Below, one piece after another: positions 11,858-23,859 of a stretch of 64,000 nucleotides of DNA. Source of the stretch: Felis catus. Its lineage: Eukaryota. The position numbers and the translations under genes are program-made. Each line of letters begins with the position of its first letter. The stretch's first letter is position 1. The stretch is from assembly GCF_018350175.1 (NCBI RefSeq), contig NC_058382.1:58096001-58160000 (forward strand), in the 5' to 3' direction. The notes below the pieces were generated by a model, which was not told where the DNA came from, did no database searches, and saw nothing but the letters and a program-made list of their open reading frames with translations.

Positions 11858-13314
11858 AGGCCAGCTTTCAAGCCATTTGCCCTGTTTGCAGACCAGGAAA
11901 TAGTCTCAGTGATCCGGGAGGTTGGCCCCGGGCAGATACAGGGCCCAGGACCAGCCCAGCAATGTCCACCAGGAGCCAACCTCCACACTCGGGGGCGGCC
12001 TCTCTCCCACCTCCTTGGGCCCGAGCGACCGCCCCCTGAGCCCTCGGGGACCCCAAGCGCTGCTCCAGCCCCTCCCCAGCGTCAGAGCCAGCAAACCCTT
12101 TGCAGCTTTTCTCCCTGCGCACCCCCCCCCCAAGCATGGCCTCAGGAACCAGACCACATGGGCAGAGGTGCGCGCCCTGCCCGAGGCTCAGTTCCCCGGG
12201 ATCTCCTTCTTCCCCGGGCCCGGGAAGGCCACCTGGGGCATGGTTTCTGGTGCGGAGTGAACCCTGGTAACCTCGGGCCATCTGGAGCCTGCCGCCGTGG
12301 CCCTGCCCCGCGGCCGCCACCCCAGGGGCTGGTCTGGGATGAGCTCGGTGACGGGGCGGGCTGGGCTGGCCGCCTCGAGCCTCCCTAATGGCAGGTTTGG
12401 GCACAGACAGAGCCTGTGGCCTGGTGGCGTGGGACGGCGGCTTCGCTCTCCCCACTGCCCCCCTCCCCGCCCGCCCGCCCGCCCGCCGTGTGGTCCCGGC
12501 GGGGACACGTGAGCACAGCCTGGCTCTGTTCTCAGAGCTGTGGGAGGCGGGCTGTCACCGCGGGAGCCAGGAGCTGGAGATGAGCCCAGAAGTGGAGGAC
12601 GGCAGCGGATGTCTGCGCCTTCGCCCCTCAGCACCAGGCCCTGCCAAGCCACAGGTGCCCCCCCAGCGCCAGCTGTGAGTGGGAGTCCACTGGGTGCAGG
12701 GCTGGGGCTGCGCGGCGGGGGGGCTCTGCGAAGGGGCACGCAGGGCAGCAGAGAGGGGGTCTTCCGGTGGGGCCAGCTGCCCCGCCCTGTCCTGGGGGAG
12801 GGGTTCGTATCCAAGGCGACCCGCAGGTTGGTCCGGAAACCTCCCTGCACGGCCACCATCCCGGGGGCGTGGGTCCCGCCGGGTTTCCGGGCTGCTCCCA
12901 CCACGGGGCAGGTCGTGCACTGCACAATCGCAGGGGGCCACGTGCCGTGGCCCAGGGCGTCCTTCCCGCCTTCTCCACCGACCACATTTTGATTTTCGGT
13001 TCTGAAATCCTGGCCACCTTTGATTGTAAGCCCGGGATGTCGGTGGGATGGCGCGGGTGCACGACTGCGGGTGACGGGCACGCGTGTTGGGCCGCACAGG
13101 GCGTGAGGGCTCGGGGCGCTGCAGGAAGCCGTGACCATCCCTCCCAGCACGCCGGGCATCCGATCCTCCTCCGGGATCCGTGTGTCGGGCTCCGTGGGTA
13201 CCGTGCCTCCCTGCTCCCCGCCCCGTGCCCTCCGTTGCCCTCCTTGCCAAGATCACCGATGGCCTGCGAGCCGAACAGAGCCTGGGGAGGGAGACGCCAG
13301 ACCAACCCTCTCCC

Positions 13315-13415
13315 GGCTGTGTGACCCTGGGCCAACTGCCTAACCTCTCTGAGATCGACTACCTCATAGGGGTGTGGGCAGATTAAGTGAGGTAGTGACG
13401 GAAGGCACTTGGAGC
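13315..13415 (+). mobile_element. MIR fragment
   Basis: gctgtgtgaccctgggc...taacctctctgag...ctacctcataggg. Confidence 0.7.
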
Positions 13416-14810
13416 AGGGACAGCAGGCAGAGAGGGCCGAGTGCTCTTCACTCCGCGTGTCCTGGGCAGAACTCCCAGCCCCGTTCTCGCCTCTGACCCT
13501 TGGAGGTCAGAGGGCGCACGGGGCGGGGGGCAGCAGCAGGCTTGGCCCGGGGTAGGCCCCGGATTCGTAAACACGTGCAGGGTCGTAGGGGGAGGCCTCC
13601 GTCCCTTGCTCCCTGGGAGCTGGGGGGAGAGGCGCCCCACCCCCGCCGTGGTGCAGAGTTTGCTAGAAGGTCTCTGCTGGTATGCACGAAAGCACAGCGG
13701 CTGCGGCGGCCGCTCAGTCTTATCTCGGGTCTTCCGCAGCCGGCCCTGTCCCCGGGAAGGGGGTTTATCGGCGTGGGCGTCTGCCTCCCAGCGGGCTCGG
13801 GGACACATGTGGTCAAGCGGATTTTCCTGGGAACGGCAACCCATCCCCCCCGGTGCCAGCGGTCAAGGCTAGGAGGGCCGGGCCAGGGGCTGGAAAGGGA
13901 GGGAAGGGAGGGAAGGCGGGGGTGGGGGGGCGTCCACCTGACCCTGACATGGCCCCTTCCCCCATGGTGGGACCTGAGCCGCTCAGGAAGGGCCCGGCTT
14001 CCAGACCCCCTTCTCAGACCCGTGACGTTCCCAGGCCGGGGGCACTTGGTGCCCGACGCGAGGCTGCCTGTCCCCTCAGGCCGTCTTTGGGCTGGCCTCC
14101 CAGGAGCAGCCAGTGTGGGAGGGTTGAAGCCAGAGGTCCATTTCCGGGCCATGAGCCGTGGGAAGGCCACCTAGCCTCCCTGACTCCCCCACTAGGGGCC
14201 AGGGAGACGCCTGCTTTCTTTGCTGGGACAGCAGCTCTGTGCTTGGAGCGTTTACTGCACAGGAAGGCCCATGCTTTGCACGGATTCACTCTGTGACTTC
14301 TCCCCATGACTCCAGGGAGGTATGCACGGTTATTGGCCCATCTGAGGGACCACAAGACTGAGGCCTAGGAGACTCGTTGCGCCCCGTGGCCTCGTACACG
14401 CCCCGGGTCTCTGGGCAGGCCTAGCAGGCAACTTGGGAATGAAAGTGGCCGCCTGTCCCAGTGGCCAGCCTGGTCCCCAGCTATCCAGGTGTGTCAGTGC
14501 CATTCCACTGTCTCCTCCCCTCGGGGAGAGGTTTTACTAATCCGGTGGTGCAAACCGCCAGAGACAGGACCTCAGAGTTAAAATATCCAGGCTGGGAACC
14601 CAGCTCTGGCACGCACTGGCCGGTCAAGCCTGGGCAAGGCCCCCGGCCCTCCTGGCCACGCAGGGGGCCGTGCACCCTTTCCTCGCTCCAGAGGACGCCC
14701 CCACCTCGTCCCTGCTGTGGCCGCTCCCTGGGAGCCTTGGGCCCCCCTTCCCTCCCCTGAGGTCTGTAGATGAAACCACGCTGTCTGGGGGCTTCCTGTC
14801 TACGTCTTCT

Positions 14811-15021
14811 TCTTTGTTTAATGTTACTTGTTTTTGAGAGACAGAGAGATAGGGAGCGAGCAGGGGAGGGGCAGAGAGAGAGGGAGACACAGAATCTGAA
14901 ACAGGCTCCAGGCTCCGAGCTCTCAGCACAGAGCCCGATGCGGGGCTCGAACTCACAGACCGCGAGATCATGACCTCAGCCGAAGTCAGACGCTCAGCTG
15001 ACTGAGCCATCCAGGCGCCCC
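14811..15021 (-). mobile_element. Feline Can-SINE
   Basis: Reverse-complement SINE ending ccaggcgcccc. Degenerate 17-bp TSD tcctgtctacgtcttct (14794) / tcccgtccacctcttct (15022). Confidence 0.95.
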
Positions 15022-15049
15022 TCCCGTCCACCTCTTCTAAAGTGTCCGT

Positions 15050-15250
15050 TCTTCCCCGTCACCCGCCTGTCCTGGGCACAAGCCACCACCCACTAGTGCG
15101 CTTAGTAGATTTTCCCACTCACTGTTGGCTGTCCCCACTGACAGCACAGCTCCAAGAGAGCAAGCATCTGTGTCTGCTTCTGCCCCCAGCACCCAGGGCA
15201 GCGCTCAGCGCACAGTAGGCCCTCAATAAATACTTGCCGAACGAAGGGAT
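15050..15250 (+). mobile_element. L2 3' end fragment
   Basis: cccagcaccc...gcacagtaggccctcaataaatacttg. Confidence 0.65.
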
Positions 15251-16519
15251 GGGTGTATCGGCAACACAGGAAACGGAGAGAAGGTTCACACCTTCCCTCT
15301 TATCGACTGTCGCCCCCACCTTGCTCCTGAAGAGGTCCGCTAGGTGCTCCCAGCACATAGTAGGTGCATCCAAGTATCGGTTTCCTTCCCCTTCCCCCAG
15401 GTGAGCCACTGCTCAGTCTCCCAGGCCTCTGGTCCTTGTGGGACCACTGAATTCTCGCCAGAGCCCGTTCCTGCGGACATTTCCTCCCGGCCCCTCCCGG
15501 CAGGTGCCGGCTCAGGTTTTGGGGCCTGGAACCCACTCCCTGGTGGGCTGGCAGACCCCTGGCAGGCCGTGAGGGAGCCTGGGCATGTGCTCCCTCTACA
15601 GCCTGACCCCGGGGCCTGGCCAGAGCCCCATGGCCACGGCCCAGGAGGTGAGGGAAGCAAGTGGCTGTGGGCACTTCTGCTCCCGCTCCCTGGAGATAAG
15701 ACCTTGGCAGGGTCCAGGGCACGGCCATCGAGAGGGTGCTGGCCCACTGGCCTTCCTGCAACCTTGCAGCACGCAGCAGGTGCAGGCCCATCGCTGAGGC
15801 AGTCCCGGAGGGCTTCCTGGAGGAAGAGAGATGGAGCTGTGACTTGAAGGATTCCGAGATGCAAAGGAAGTTGGTTAAGGTCTTGGAGACAGGGGGAGGT
15901 GATTCTGGGGTGGGAGGGGGTGGTGCCCCAGGGCCTCATGTAAATTGCGGAGATTCTGGACCACCCCCCGTGTCCCCTCTTTGCCCCTGGATCAACCCCA
16001 TGGTCCTGCAGATAAGGAGACTGAAACCGAGGGGGGGGGTCAAGGTCACAAGCAAGATAGAAGTGGGGGCGAGGTGAGGCGAGGGAGGCCCCTCCCCGCC
16101 CAGGTGCCCCCACCTCCCAGCTTCTCCCCTCTGCCCGCCCTGCCCCCCATCTCCGTGGCCCTCCATCGTGATCCAGTTAAGAACTGTATCGTGGACATTT
16201 GGTCTGAGCGCTGTGCCACATGGTAACGATTTGAAATCCTGACATAAACACACTTAACAAATTGGCTCCATTGGGTGTGGCCCCGGATCTAATTAGATAC
16301 AATTAATAGTCACTAGGGGCTCTGTGTCATCGGCCCCTGATCCATCATCCAGCCCAGAAACCAGCCCTCTACTCCTCCAGCCGGGAAGCGCCGTCCCCAG
16401 GTGGGGAAGACTCCCTCTCCCCGTTCTTTGTATTTTATGGGGGGACCTGTGGGTTTCCGAGTGGGTCTGAGAGCCCTCTGGTTTTCTGGTAACATCTTTG
16501 CAATGCATATCAATTCAAC

Positions 16520-16589
16520 TTTTTGGTATCGAGATGGAATTTGCCTAACATAAAACTAACCGTTTTAAGTATTTTTTAAATTATTTATT

Positions 16590-16624
<35 letters not shown>

Positions 16625-17290
16625 AAGGGAGGAACAGAGAGAGAGGGAGACAGAATCCGCAGCAGGCTCCAGGCTCCGAGCCGTCAGCGCAGAGCCCGAC
16701 GCGGGACTCGAACTCACGAACCGCGAGATCGTGACCTGAGCTGAAGCCGGATGCTCCACCGACCGAGCCCCCCAGGAGCCCCTAAAAACTAACCATTTCA
16801 TAGTACACGGTTCGGTGCCACTTAGTGCGCTCAGTGTTGTGCGACCGCCGCGTCTATCCAGTTCGAAACCATTTTCCCCGCCCGAAAGGAAGCCCCCTTA
16901 CCCATCAGCTGGCGTTCTCCTCTCCCCTCCCCCAGCCCCGGAACCGCTAACCCGCTTTCTGCCTCTGCGGGTCTGTGTTTTCCGGACATTTCGTATAAAC
17001 AGCATCTACAAGACGTGATCTTCTGTGACTGGCCTCCTTCGCCAAGCGCGTTTTTAAGGCTCATCCACGTGTAGCGTGAACAGCCGTTCATGCCTTTTCC
17101 TGACTGAGTAATATTCCGGCGTGCGCGTCGATCGCGTATGACGCGTTCATTCTGCCGCTAGCGAACACGTGGGCCGTTAGCACCTCTTGGCTGTTGCGAA
17201 TAGTCGCGTACAAGTTTGACTTCCAGCACCTGGTTTCAGCGCTTTGGGCGATCCGCCGAGGAGTAGAATCTACTAGTCCGTGCGATTGAC
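16520..17290 (-). mobile_element. L1M (L1MB/MC/ME-type) 3' UTR fragment interrupted by a Can-SINE
   Basis: ggacatttcgtataaac, tgtgactggcctccttc, ttttaaggctcatccacgtgtagc, ctgagtaatattcc and aggagtagaat are collinear with old L1 3' ends. Confidence 0.8.
16571..16782 (-). mobile_element. Feline Can-SINE with (GA)n tract, inserted in L1
   Basis: TSD aaaactaacc(g/a)ttt at 16552-16565 and 16785-16798. Confidence 0.95.
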
Positions 17291-17319
17291 TTCATTTGAA
17301 TTAATAAACGCGTATAGAG

Positions 17320-17440
17320 CTCTTCCTAGGTGCCAATTCAACATTCGCGACATCCCTAGGAGGTGGGCACCGTCAGCCCCATTTTACAGATGAGGAAGCT
17401 GAGGCTTGGCAGTCGGACAGTCAGGACTTGAACAAGGCAG
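17320..17440 (-). mobile_element. MIR fragment
   Basis: cccattttacagatgaggaagctgaggc. Confidence 0.8.
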
Positions 17441-18348
17441 CCGCGCCACGGCGGGTCTCACTAACGCGGAACCGGGGCCAGCAGCTTTGGGACGGTGACT
17501 CACTTCTCAGAGCCTCAGGGCCCAGCACACAGGCCGGGCCCAGGAGGACTCACTTGTGCCAACCAGCCTTCAGGCGCCTGTTGGGTAAACCTGGGGCCGG
17601 TGTTTCTGTTTGTAGAGAGAAATGTCTGCACAGAGCACGCTGCCGATGGGCCGCTCTTCTTGTCCGGGGCACCCCGCTGGCCTGGGGGCCGGGCCTCGTG
17701 CAGGGCTAGCTGGGGGGGGGGCGCCCAGAGAGGCCTCCCCGAGGCCCAGGAATAGACTCCGGCAGCATGGGCTCCCAGCCAACTCCGCTCTCCAGGGCGC
17801 CTGCTCTCCACCGGTGCCTCCCCTCTGGGCAGGCGGGCGGGAGGGCAGGTTGTCCACTGCACATCAATCACACGGCCCCGGCCTGGCTGGGCGCCGCCCT
17901 CAGAATGTGGTTATCTCCCAGCCCCACGCCGCCGCGGGGCCCGGGGAGCACAGGCGTCTCCAATGGCTTATCTCCCGTCTGGTGCTCCCTCCCCGGTCCC
18001 TGAGTCCAGCCTTATCTCGGCATTCCGGGCCCTTCCTTTACCCAAGAGCCCTGGCCAGGGCGGGACGGGGGCCCGGCGTGGGCACACAGAGCTCGCTGCC
18101 CGAGTGCACGTCCTCTCACCCTCGCGTGGGCGCACGCACACGCACCCTGCCGGGCGTCTCTCTCGGACACACACACACACACTCCTGTCTCAGGCTAGCC
18201 TGGGTGACTGCGGGTTTCCCCAGAAGCTGCCCTCACTTGCTCATTCATGCTCCGTGGGTGTCCGTCTGCTTGGGGAGGGGAGCAGAAGCCAGGAGGAGAC
18301 AGCAGCAGGGGCTCGAGGGTGGGGCTGGGATACCAAGGGTCTGCCACG

Positions 18349-18582
18349 GGGGCGCCTGGGCGGCTCAGTCCGTGAGACGTCTGACTTCAGCTCAGGTCAC
18401 GATCTTGCAGTTCGTGGGTTCGAGCCCCGCGTCGGGCTCTGTGCCGACATCTCAGAGCCTGGAGCCTGCTTCAGATTCTGTCCCTGTCTCTCTCTGACCA
18501 TCCTCTGCTCACGCTTTGTCTCTCTCTCTCTCTCTCAAAAATAAACGTTAAAAAGAATTTTTTTTAAATTTTTTTTAAAAAA
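18349..18582 (+). mobile_element. Feline Can-SINE
   Basis: ggggcgcctgggcggctcagtc...gggttcgagccccgcgtcgggctctg...aaaataaacgttaaaa. Confidence 0.95.
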
Positions 18583-19187
18583 GAAGTGTTTGTCGTTAAA
18601 GAGATTCCCCCCCACCCCCGCCAAGAGCAGAAAGGCATCCCACTGGAGATGGGAGGGCCCCGTGTGCCTCTTGCCTGCAGAGCCTGGGGGCAGAGGGGAC
18701 TGTGGGTGCCTTGGCTCAGAGGCTGCTCTCACCGGTCCGTGGCCGTTCCCTGCCACCCCCAACTTTGGCTCAGATTCCAATTGCTTTTCCCCTCGGAATC
18801 CAGTTAATATCGACGATCCCTCTGGATCCGGGAGCCTTCCTTTTCCAAAGCAGCTTCCCAGGGCCGCCCTCCCCAGGACTCACCGCCGACCGAGAGCCGG
18901 TCTGTATTGCTTCCCTCCGTGGGCAGGGACAGGCTCAGAGGGGTAGGGATGGGCTGGTGAGGACCGCCCAGCCCAGGCCCCCTGATCCAGAGACCCCCTC
19001 TGAGAGGAGAGGAATATGCCTCACGCTGGCTGAGCCCCGCCCCCCCCCCCGGCCCCCCATGCCCCGTGAGGATGTGGTCGTGCGGCAGGCTGGCCTTCAT
19101 CCGGCAAGGGTCGGGCTCCGCTTGGAGAACCTCTCACTGGCCCTGTAATGTGGCTGAGACGCAGGGGCGCTGGCTTCCCTCCCAGCT

Positions 19188-19320
19188 CTGCTGTTTACTT
19201 GCTGTGTGACCTCAGACCAGTCTCTTGACCTCTCTGAACTCTCATTCCCACACCTGTAAAACGGAACCGCCAAAAGCACCCATCCCGCAGCCTCACCCGA
19301 GAGATCGCGTGAGCTCCTGC
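19188..19320 (+). mobile_element. MIR fragment
   Basis: tttacttgctgtgtgacctc...gacctctctgaactctcattcccacacctgtaaaacgg. Confidence 0.75.
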
Positions 19321-22029
19321 TGCTCGTTCAGCGATGGGCCTGCACAGAAGAGACACTGAGCAAGGAGTCTCAAACACTAACGTGAGAAAAGATTTCGGGA
19401 CCCTGTCCCTCATCCCCGGAGACCTCCCTTTTCCTTCTCGTCCACGCTGGGACCTGTGCAGCCAGAGGCTCAGCCCCCAGGAGGGCCGAGAGCTCACAGC
19501 CAGGCGTGTGGGTAGAATGTTCTGGGTGCCTGGCAGGCTTCATCTTCGGGGACTTGATGAGCTCTGGTTAATGAAGCCCAGGGGCCTCCTGAGGAGACGC
19601 GAGGTGGAGGGGTGGGGCCCAGGAGGGACGCACATCAGGCCCCACCCGAGTTTTATTTTTCTGCGTCTGGAGGGATCTTTGGCAGGTGACCAGGTGACCG
19701 GGCCAGGGCGGGAGACCCGCCTCCGCTGGGCCAGGTCAGCGAGCTGGGCGCCTGCCCCCGCCCTGCCTGGCACAGCCAGATGTCTCCGGAAGCGCTCCCT
19801 GTCACGCCAAGCCCTGGCGGCCTCTGCCAGGTGGGAGACAAGCCCCTTCTCGGCCGGGAGGCCCTTTGCCCCAGCAGAGCAGGGCAACGTGGGCGGGTGT
19901 TTGGGGCGGGGTCTGCTGGGGGGTGTCCCGGCAGGAGGCCGGTGTCTCACAGCATGGCCCCCACCGTCGGAGTCTGCCGTCGCGACGCCTGGGGACTCCC
20001 AGGTGCACGGAGTCAGGGCCCGGTGGGAGACGCTCGCCCCCTGCCCCCACCCCTGGCGATCGGCCCCTTCTTAGGGTCCCTGGGGAGCGAGGCAGGCGGC
20101 AAAGCCGAGAGCCACAGCTTAGGCGGAGGTCTGGCGGCCGAGCGGCTGGGGCGGGGGGGGGGGGGTCTGCAGCCTGGCGAGTGGCCACCCCCACCCCAGG
20201 GTCGGGCTGGCTGCTGATGGATGGTAATGAGACCCGGGGAGTCTGATGAAGTTCATTTTTCACCTGTGCGTGCTTTTGCCTCCCCGCTCTCTCGAGGCAG
20301 CTGGTAATCCATCCCGGAGCCCTTCAGAGGCCTCGGCGGTAATGGGGTCATAGATCACTCCCTCGTGGAGACAGCTGGACAGGGGAGCCGAGCCATTAGG
20401 AATGACCGCTGGTGACCCGCTGCAGCTCCAGACGGCGGGAGGCTGTCAGGGTCGGCTCGTGCCCCACGAGGGGGGCAGCGGGGGGGGGGGGGGGGGGGAC
20501 ACTCCTCCCCGAGGTGGGAGCTCCTGGGCCCAGGGTGACGCCTGCCCGGGGTCCCCGGTGTCTGGGTGACAGCTGCCCCTTGGGTCAGGGTCTCTCTGTC
20601 AGGTCAGGGTCGACAGGTGTCTGCTCAGGGCCCACCCCCACCTCCCACCCTGTTTCAGTTCGGGCGACGGCTGACGGCAGGTGGAACCCCTCAACGTGCC
20701 GCCTTGCCCCAGGAGCTCAGCGGTGGGGCGGGTGCCCCAGGTCGCCCACGTATACAGCCCTCCTGCCCCAGAACCGGAGGGGGCAGCTGATTCTGAAGGG
20801 GGCAGAGGGCCCATCCCGCCTGGTTGAAATCCTGCCCCGCTAGCTCACTTGCTGTGCAAATGGCAAGTCCCGTCATCCTCTGCGGCCTCAGTGTCCCCAT
20901 ACGTAGCGTGGGACAGTAACCCAGGCCTGGCGATGGTGCAGCGAGCCATCGTGTGGCATGTGCTCCCGACAGCACCAGGCACCTGGCGCTCTGGATGCGG
21001 GGTCCGGTCTTGTCGTTGTCGGTGGCAGCATCATTGCTTCACAGCACAGGCTTGGATCCCGGCTGCGTGACCTTCCAGGAGATCCTTACCCTCTCTGGGC
21101 CCCAGCCTCTCGACCTGTAGGATGGTGACGACGGGACTGAACAGGCTGATTCGTGAAAAGCCTTGCAAGGGAGACTTCACGGAGCTCAGTGCCCCGGAAG
21201 GATTAGCTCCCCCCCCCGCCCATGCTACCCTCCTGGGATGCTCTTTCCAGAACCTTCTCCTGGGGTTCTCGTTATCAGACTCCACCCCAGTGGTGTGTTG
21301 GGGAAGAAGAGGGGGCCAGAGCGATATTCCTGGAACCCGTACCTCGGCTGGGTCGACTTTGGGAGGGGCCGCGGCTCCCCCTATGGTCACCCCTACCCAG
21401 CTGGGTTTCCGGAAACTGGTGCCCAAGGGCTGGAATGATCAGCCCTCACTCTGTCTTCTTTCCAAGCCCCGCCAGTTGGGCACCCCCTCCCCCCTCACTG
21501 CGAGGGCCCAGGTAGGGTGAGCCTGTGGAGATGCCTCTGGCCCCTCCCTCTGGCCCCTGTGGTGGGCAGGCGGTGCCCTTGGCCTCCTCCAGGACCAGTC
21601 AGAGCCTGCGCTGGGTGTGCCCAGGTGAGCTGGGCCCACAATGGGCAGTTGTGTGGAACCAGAGCCGCACTGGGGAGGGAAGGAGGGAGGGAGGAGGGCC
21701 TCCCGGTCAGTGGGCTAGATGCCGGGAGCCAAACACTCCTCGAGGCAGCCCTGCAGTGACAGGGCGTCTGTGTGGGGAAACTGAGGCACAGAAGTTTCTG
21801 GGGCCCACCGGGGCCACGCAGCATCACACACGAGATCCTCTCGTGCCAGCTCCCCTGAGTTCTTGCCACTCTGAGTAGGGGGCACTCTGGAACCACCTGG
21901 AGACCACAGAGAGCCGTGCGGGGTGACCCCATATCGTGGTCTCGGGCGTGAGCTCCCCCCAGCACCTGAGGGGCCAGCCTCCGGGCCCAGCCTAATTCCT
22001 ACAGCAGCCAGCTTCCCAGAATCGCCCCT

Positions 22030-22447
22030 TCAGTGTCCGGCCTCCTCACCCCTGACCTCCCGTGGCCCGGTCTCTCCTGGTCCTGCTGAGGGGCCTTTGC
22101 ACTTACTTGGAAAGGGCCTGGAACTCCCTTTCCCCCGGAAGTTTGGCGTGACTGGTTCCTTCTGCCTTTCAGGCTTCAGCTTAAATGTCACCTCCTCCAT
22201 GAGGTCCTTCTGGGTTGCCTTCCCCAGAGAATCACTTACTCTCTTCTCACCTTGATTTGCTTTCTTCCTCCTACTAGGCGCTAATGACCCCACATTTGCT
22301 CATTTGTCGATTTCCCCTTTTTTAAAAACTCTGCCTCCCTTGGCAAGAACGTAGGGATGGGAGAGCTTGCCCGCCCCTCTGTGCACTGGTGTGCCCCCAG
22401 AACGTGGGATAATACCTGGTAGGTACGTAGTAGGTGCTCAGTAAACA
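22030..22447 (+). mobile_element. L2 3' fragment
   Basis: ggcctttgcactt...cagcttaaatgtcacctcctcc...gtaggtgctcagtaaac. Confidence 0.75.
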
Positions 22448-23859
22448 CAGGCTGCCCAAACCGGTGACTGGAAGGACGGGTGGCCAGAGGAAGAAGGAAG
22501 GCTACGGAAGGAAGGAAGGAAGAGAGAGGGAGGCAGACAATATCGAGGCTTCTTCCCTGGACCCGATTCTGCCCATCGATGAGGGACAGCGCGGGGAGGG
22601 GGCGTGGGCTATGACAAGGTGGCGGGAAGGCGGGTGAGACGAGGCGCCTCCAGGCAAGGCCACAGGTGCATCGCGAGTCCCAAAAGGTGGAGGAAAGCTG
22701 GGTCACGTGGAGTCCTCTCTGAACCTCGAGTGGCTCTTGCTGACGGAGAGAGGGAACTGGGCCCGGGGCCTGCCAGCCAGGTGCCGGCGGAGGAGTGGCC
22801 GGCCGCCAGGCACCAGCTTGGGCTTGCGTCGCCTCGTGTGAAGCTGTCTGCTGCAGCAGAGCCTCGCGGGGACGCTGCCAGGGTCACAGCAGGGCCCGTG
22901 GGGGCGGGGGCGGGGGGGGGTCACGTGGATTTGCATGGGGTTTGCGTGCAGGTGGCCCGAGACCCGGCTGTTCCAAGTCCCTTCGGGTGGCCCCGTCTCT
23001 GCTTTTCTTCCTGCTCCCCGCCCCCCGTTTGTCACCCTTCCGGAGACCCCGAGACAGGGAGCAGGAGGCTGCCTCCGGGATCTCCTCTCCTGTGTCAATA
23101 AGAAAGATCCCGAGCAGTCACGGAGCCCTTCCTGCCGAAGCCCCCGTTCCCGGGTTGGCACGAAGTCCTCAGCTCAGAGAGGGGCGTCACGCGGTGGGGA
23201 GGCGCTCTGTGCGGCCCGGGGCCCGACGGCCCCCGGGGACCCCGCAGAGCCAGGCCCTTTGCCCTCTTCCACGGGAAGAAACGGGCGCTGAGGAAGCCTG
23301 AGGGGGTCGGGGCATTAGCGCCAGCGGCTGCTCCCCGGGAGGGGGCGTGTGCCAAGACGCATCGTGCTCCCCCGCGGACTTCCGTGTCCCCAGAATCCGG
23401 GACTGTGGCTGGCAAGCGGTGGGTGCCCAGTAAGTGCCTGTCGTTTCGTGAGTCCACAGACCCGGCCCTGCCCAGGCGGGAGGACACCACTCGGGTGACC
23501 GGGGTGGGGGGGGGGGTTGCTCAGCAGGGGTTGGAGGCCGGTGGGGGGGTGCTGTTTGCCTTCAGGCAGGGACGTCCGGGTCAGACCTGCCTGGGCGGGC
23601 GGCTGAGCGGGGCCACGGCCTGGCCAGGGCGGCGAGCCCCCCGTGAGCCCGGATTCCGAGCGCCGGCGCTGGGTCCCGCCGTATAACAAGATGATGGGTT
23701 AGGGTCAAGCTGTGGTCCCATAACTTGTTGGGAGACGTTTCAGAACAATAAAGGTGTCCGGCTTTATATCCGCTCGTATTTTATCCCGGCTTTAGCCTCT
23801 CCCGCTTCCTTGCCTTGGATTTACTGTGCGTCTATTTTAAACGGGGGGAGGTTGACTCC

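Noticed and set aside
3090..13051. Exact 17-mer ggatgtcggtgggatgg at 3090-3106 and 13035-13051, both near MER91-like sequence
   Set aside because: The match does not extend, and one match of this length is plausible by chance in 64 kb of biased composition.
14189..14202. Additional CTCF-like motifs (e.g. CCACTAGGGGCCAG; partial matches near 9893, 40095, 53390)
   Set aside because: Mismatches at informative positions; expected by chance in GC-rich sequence.
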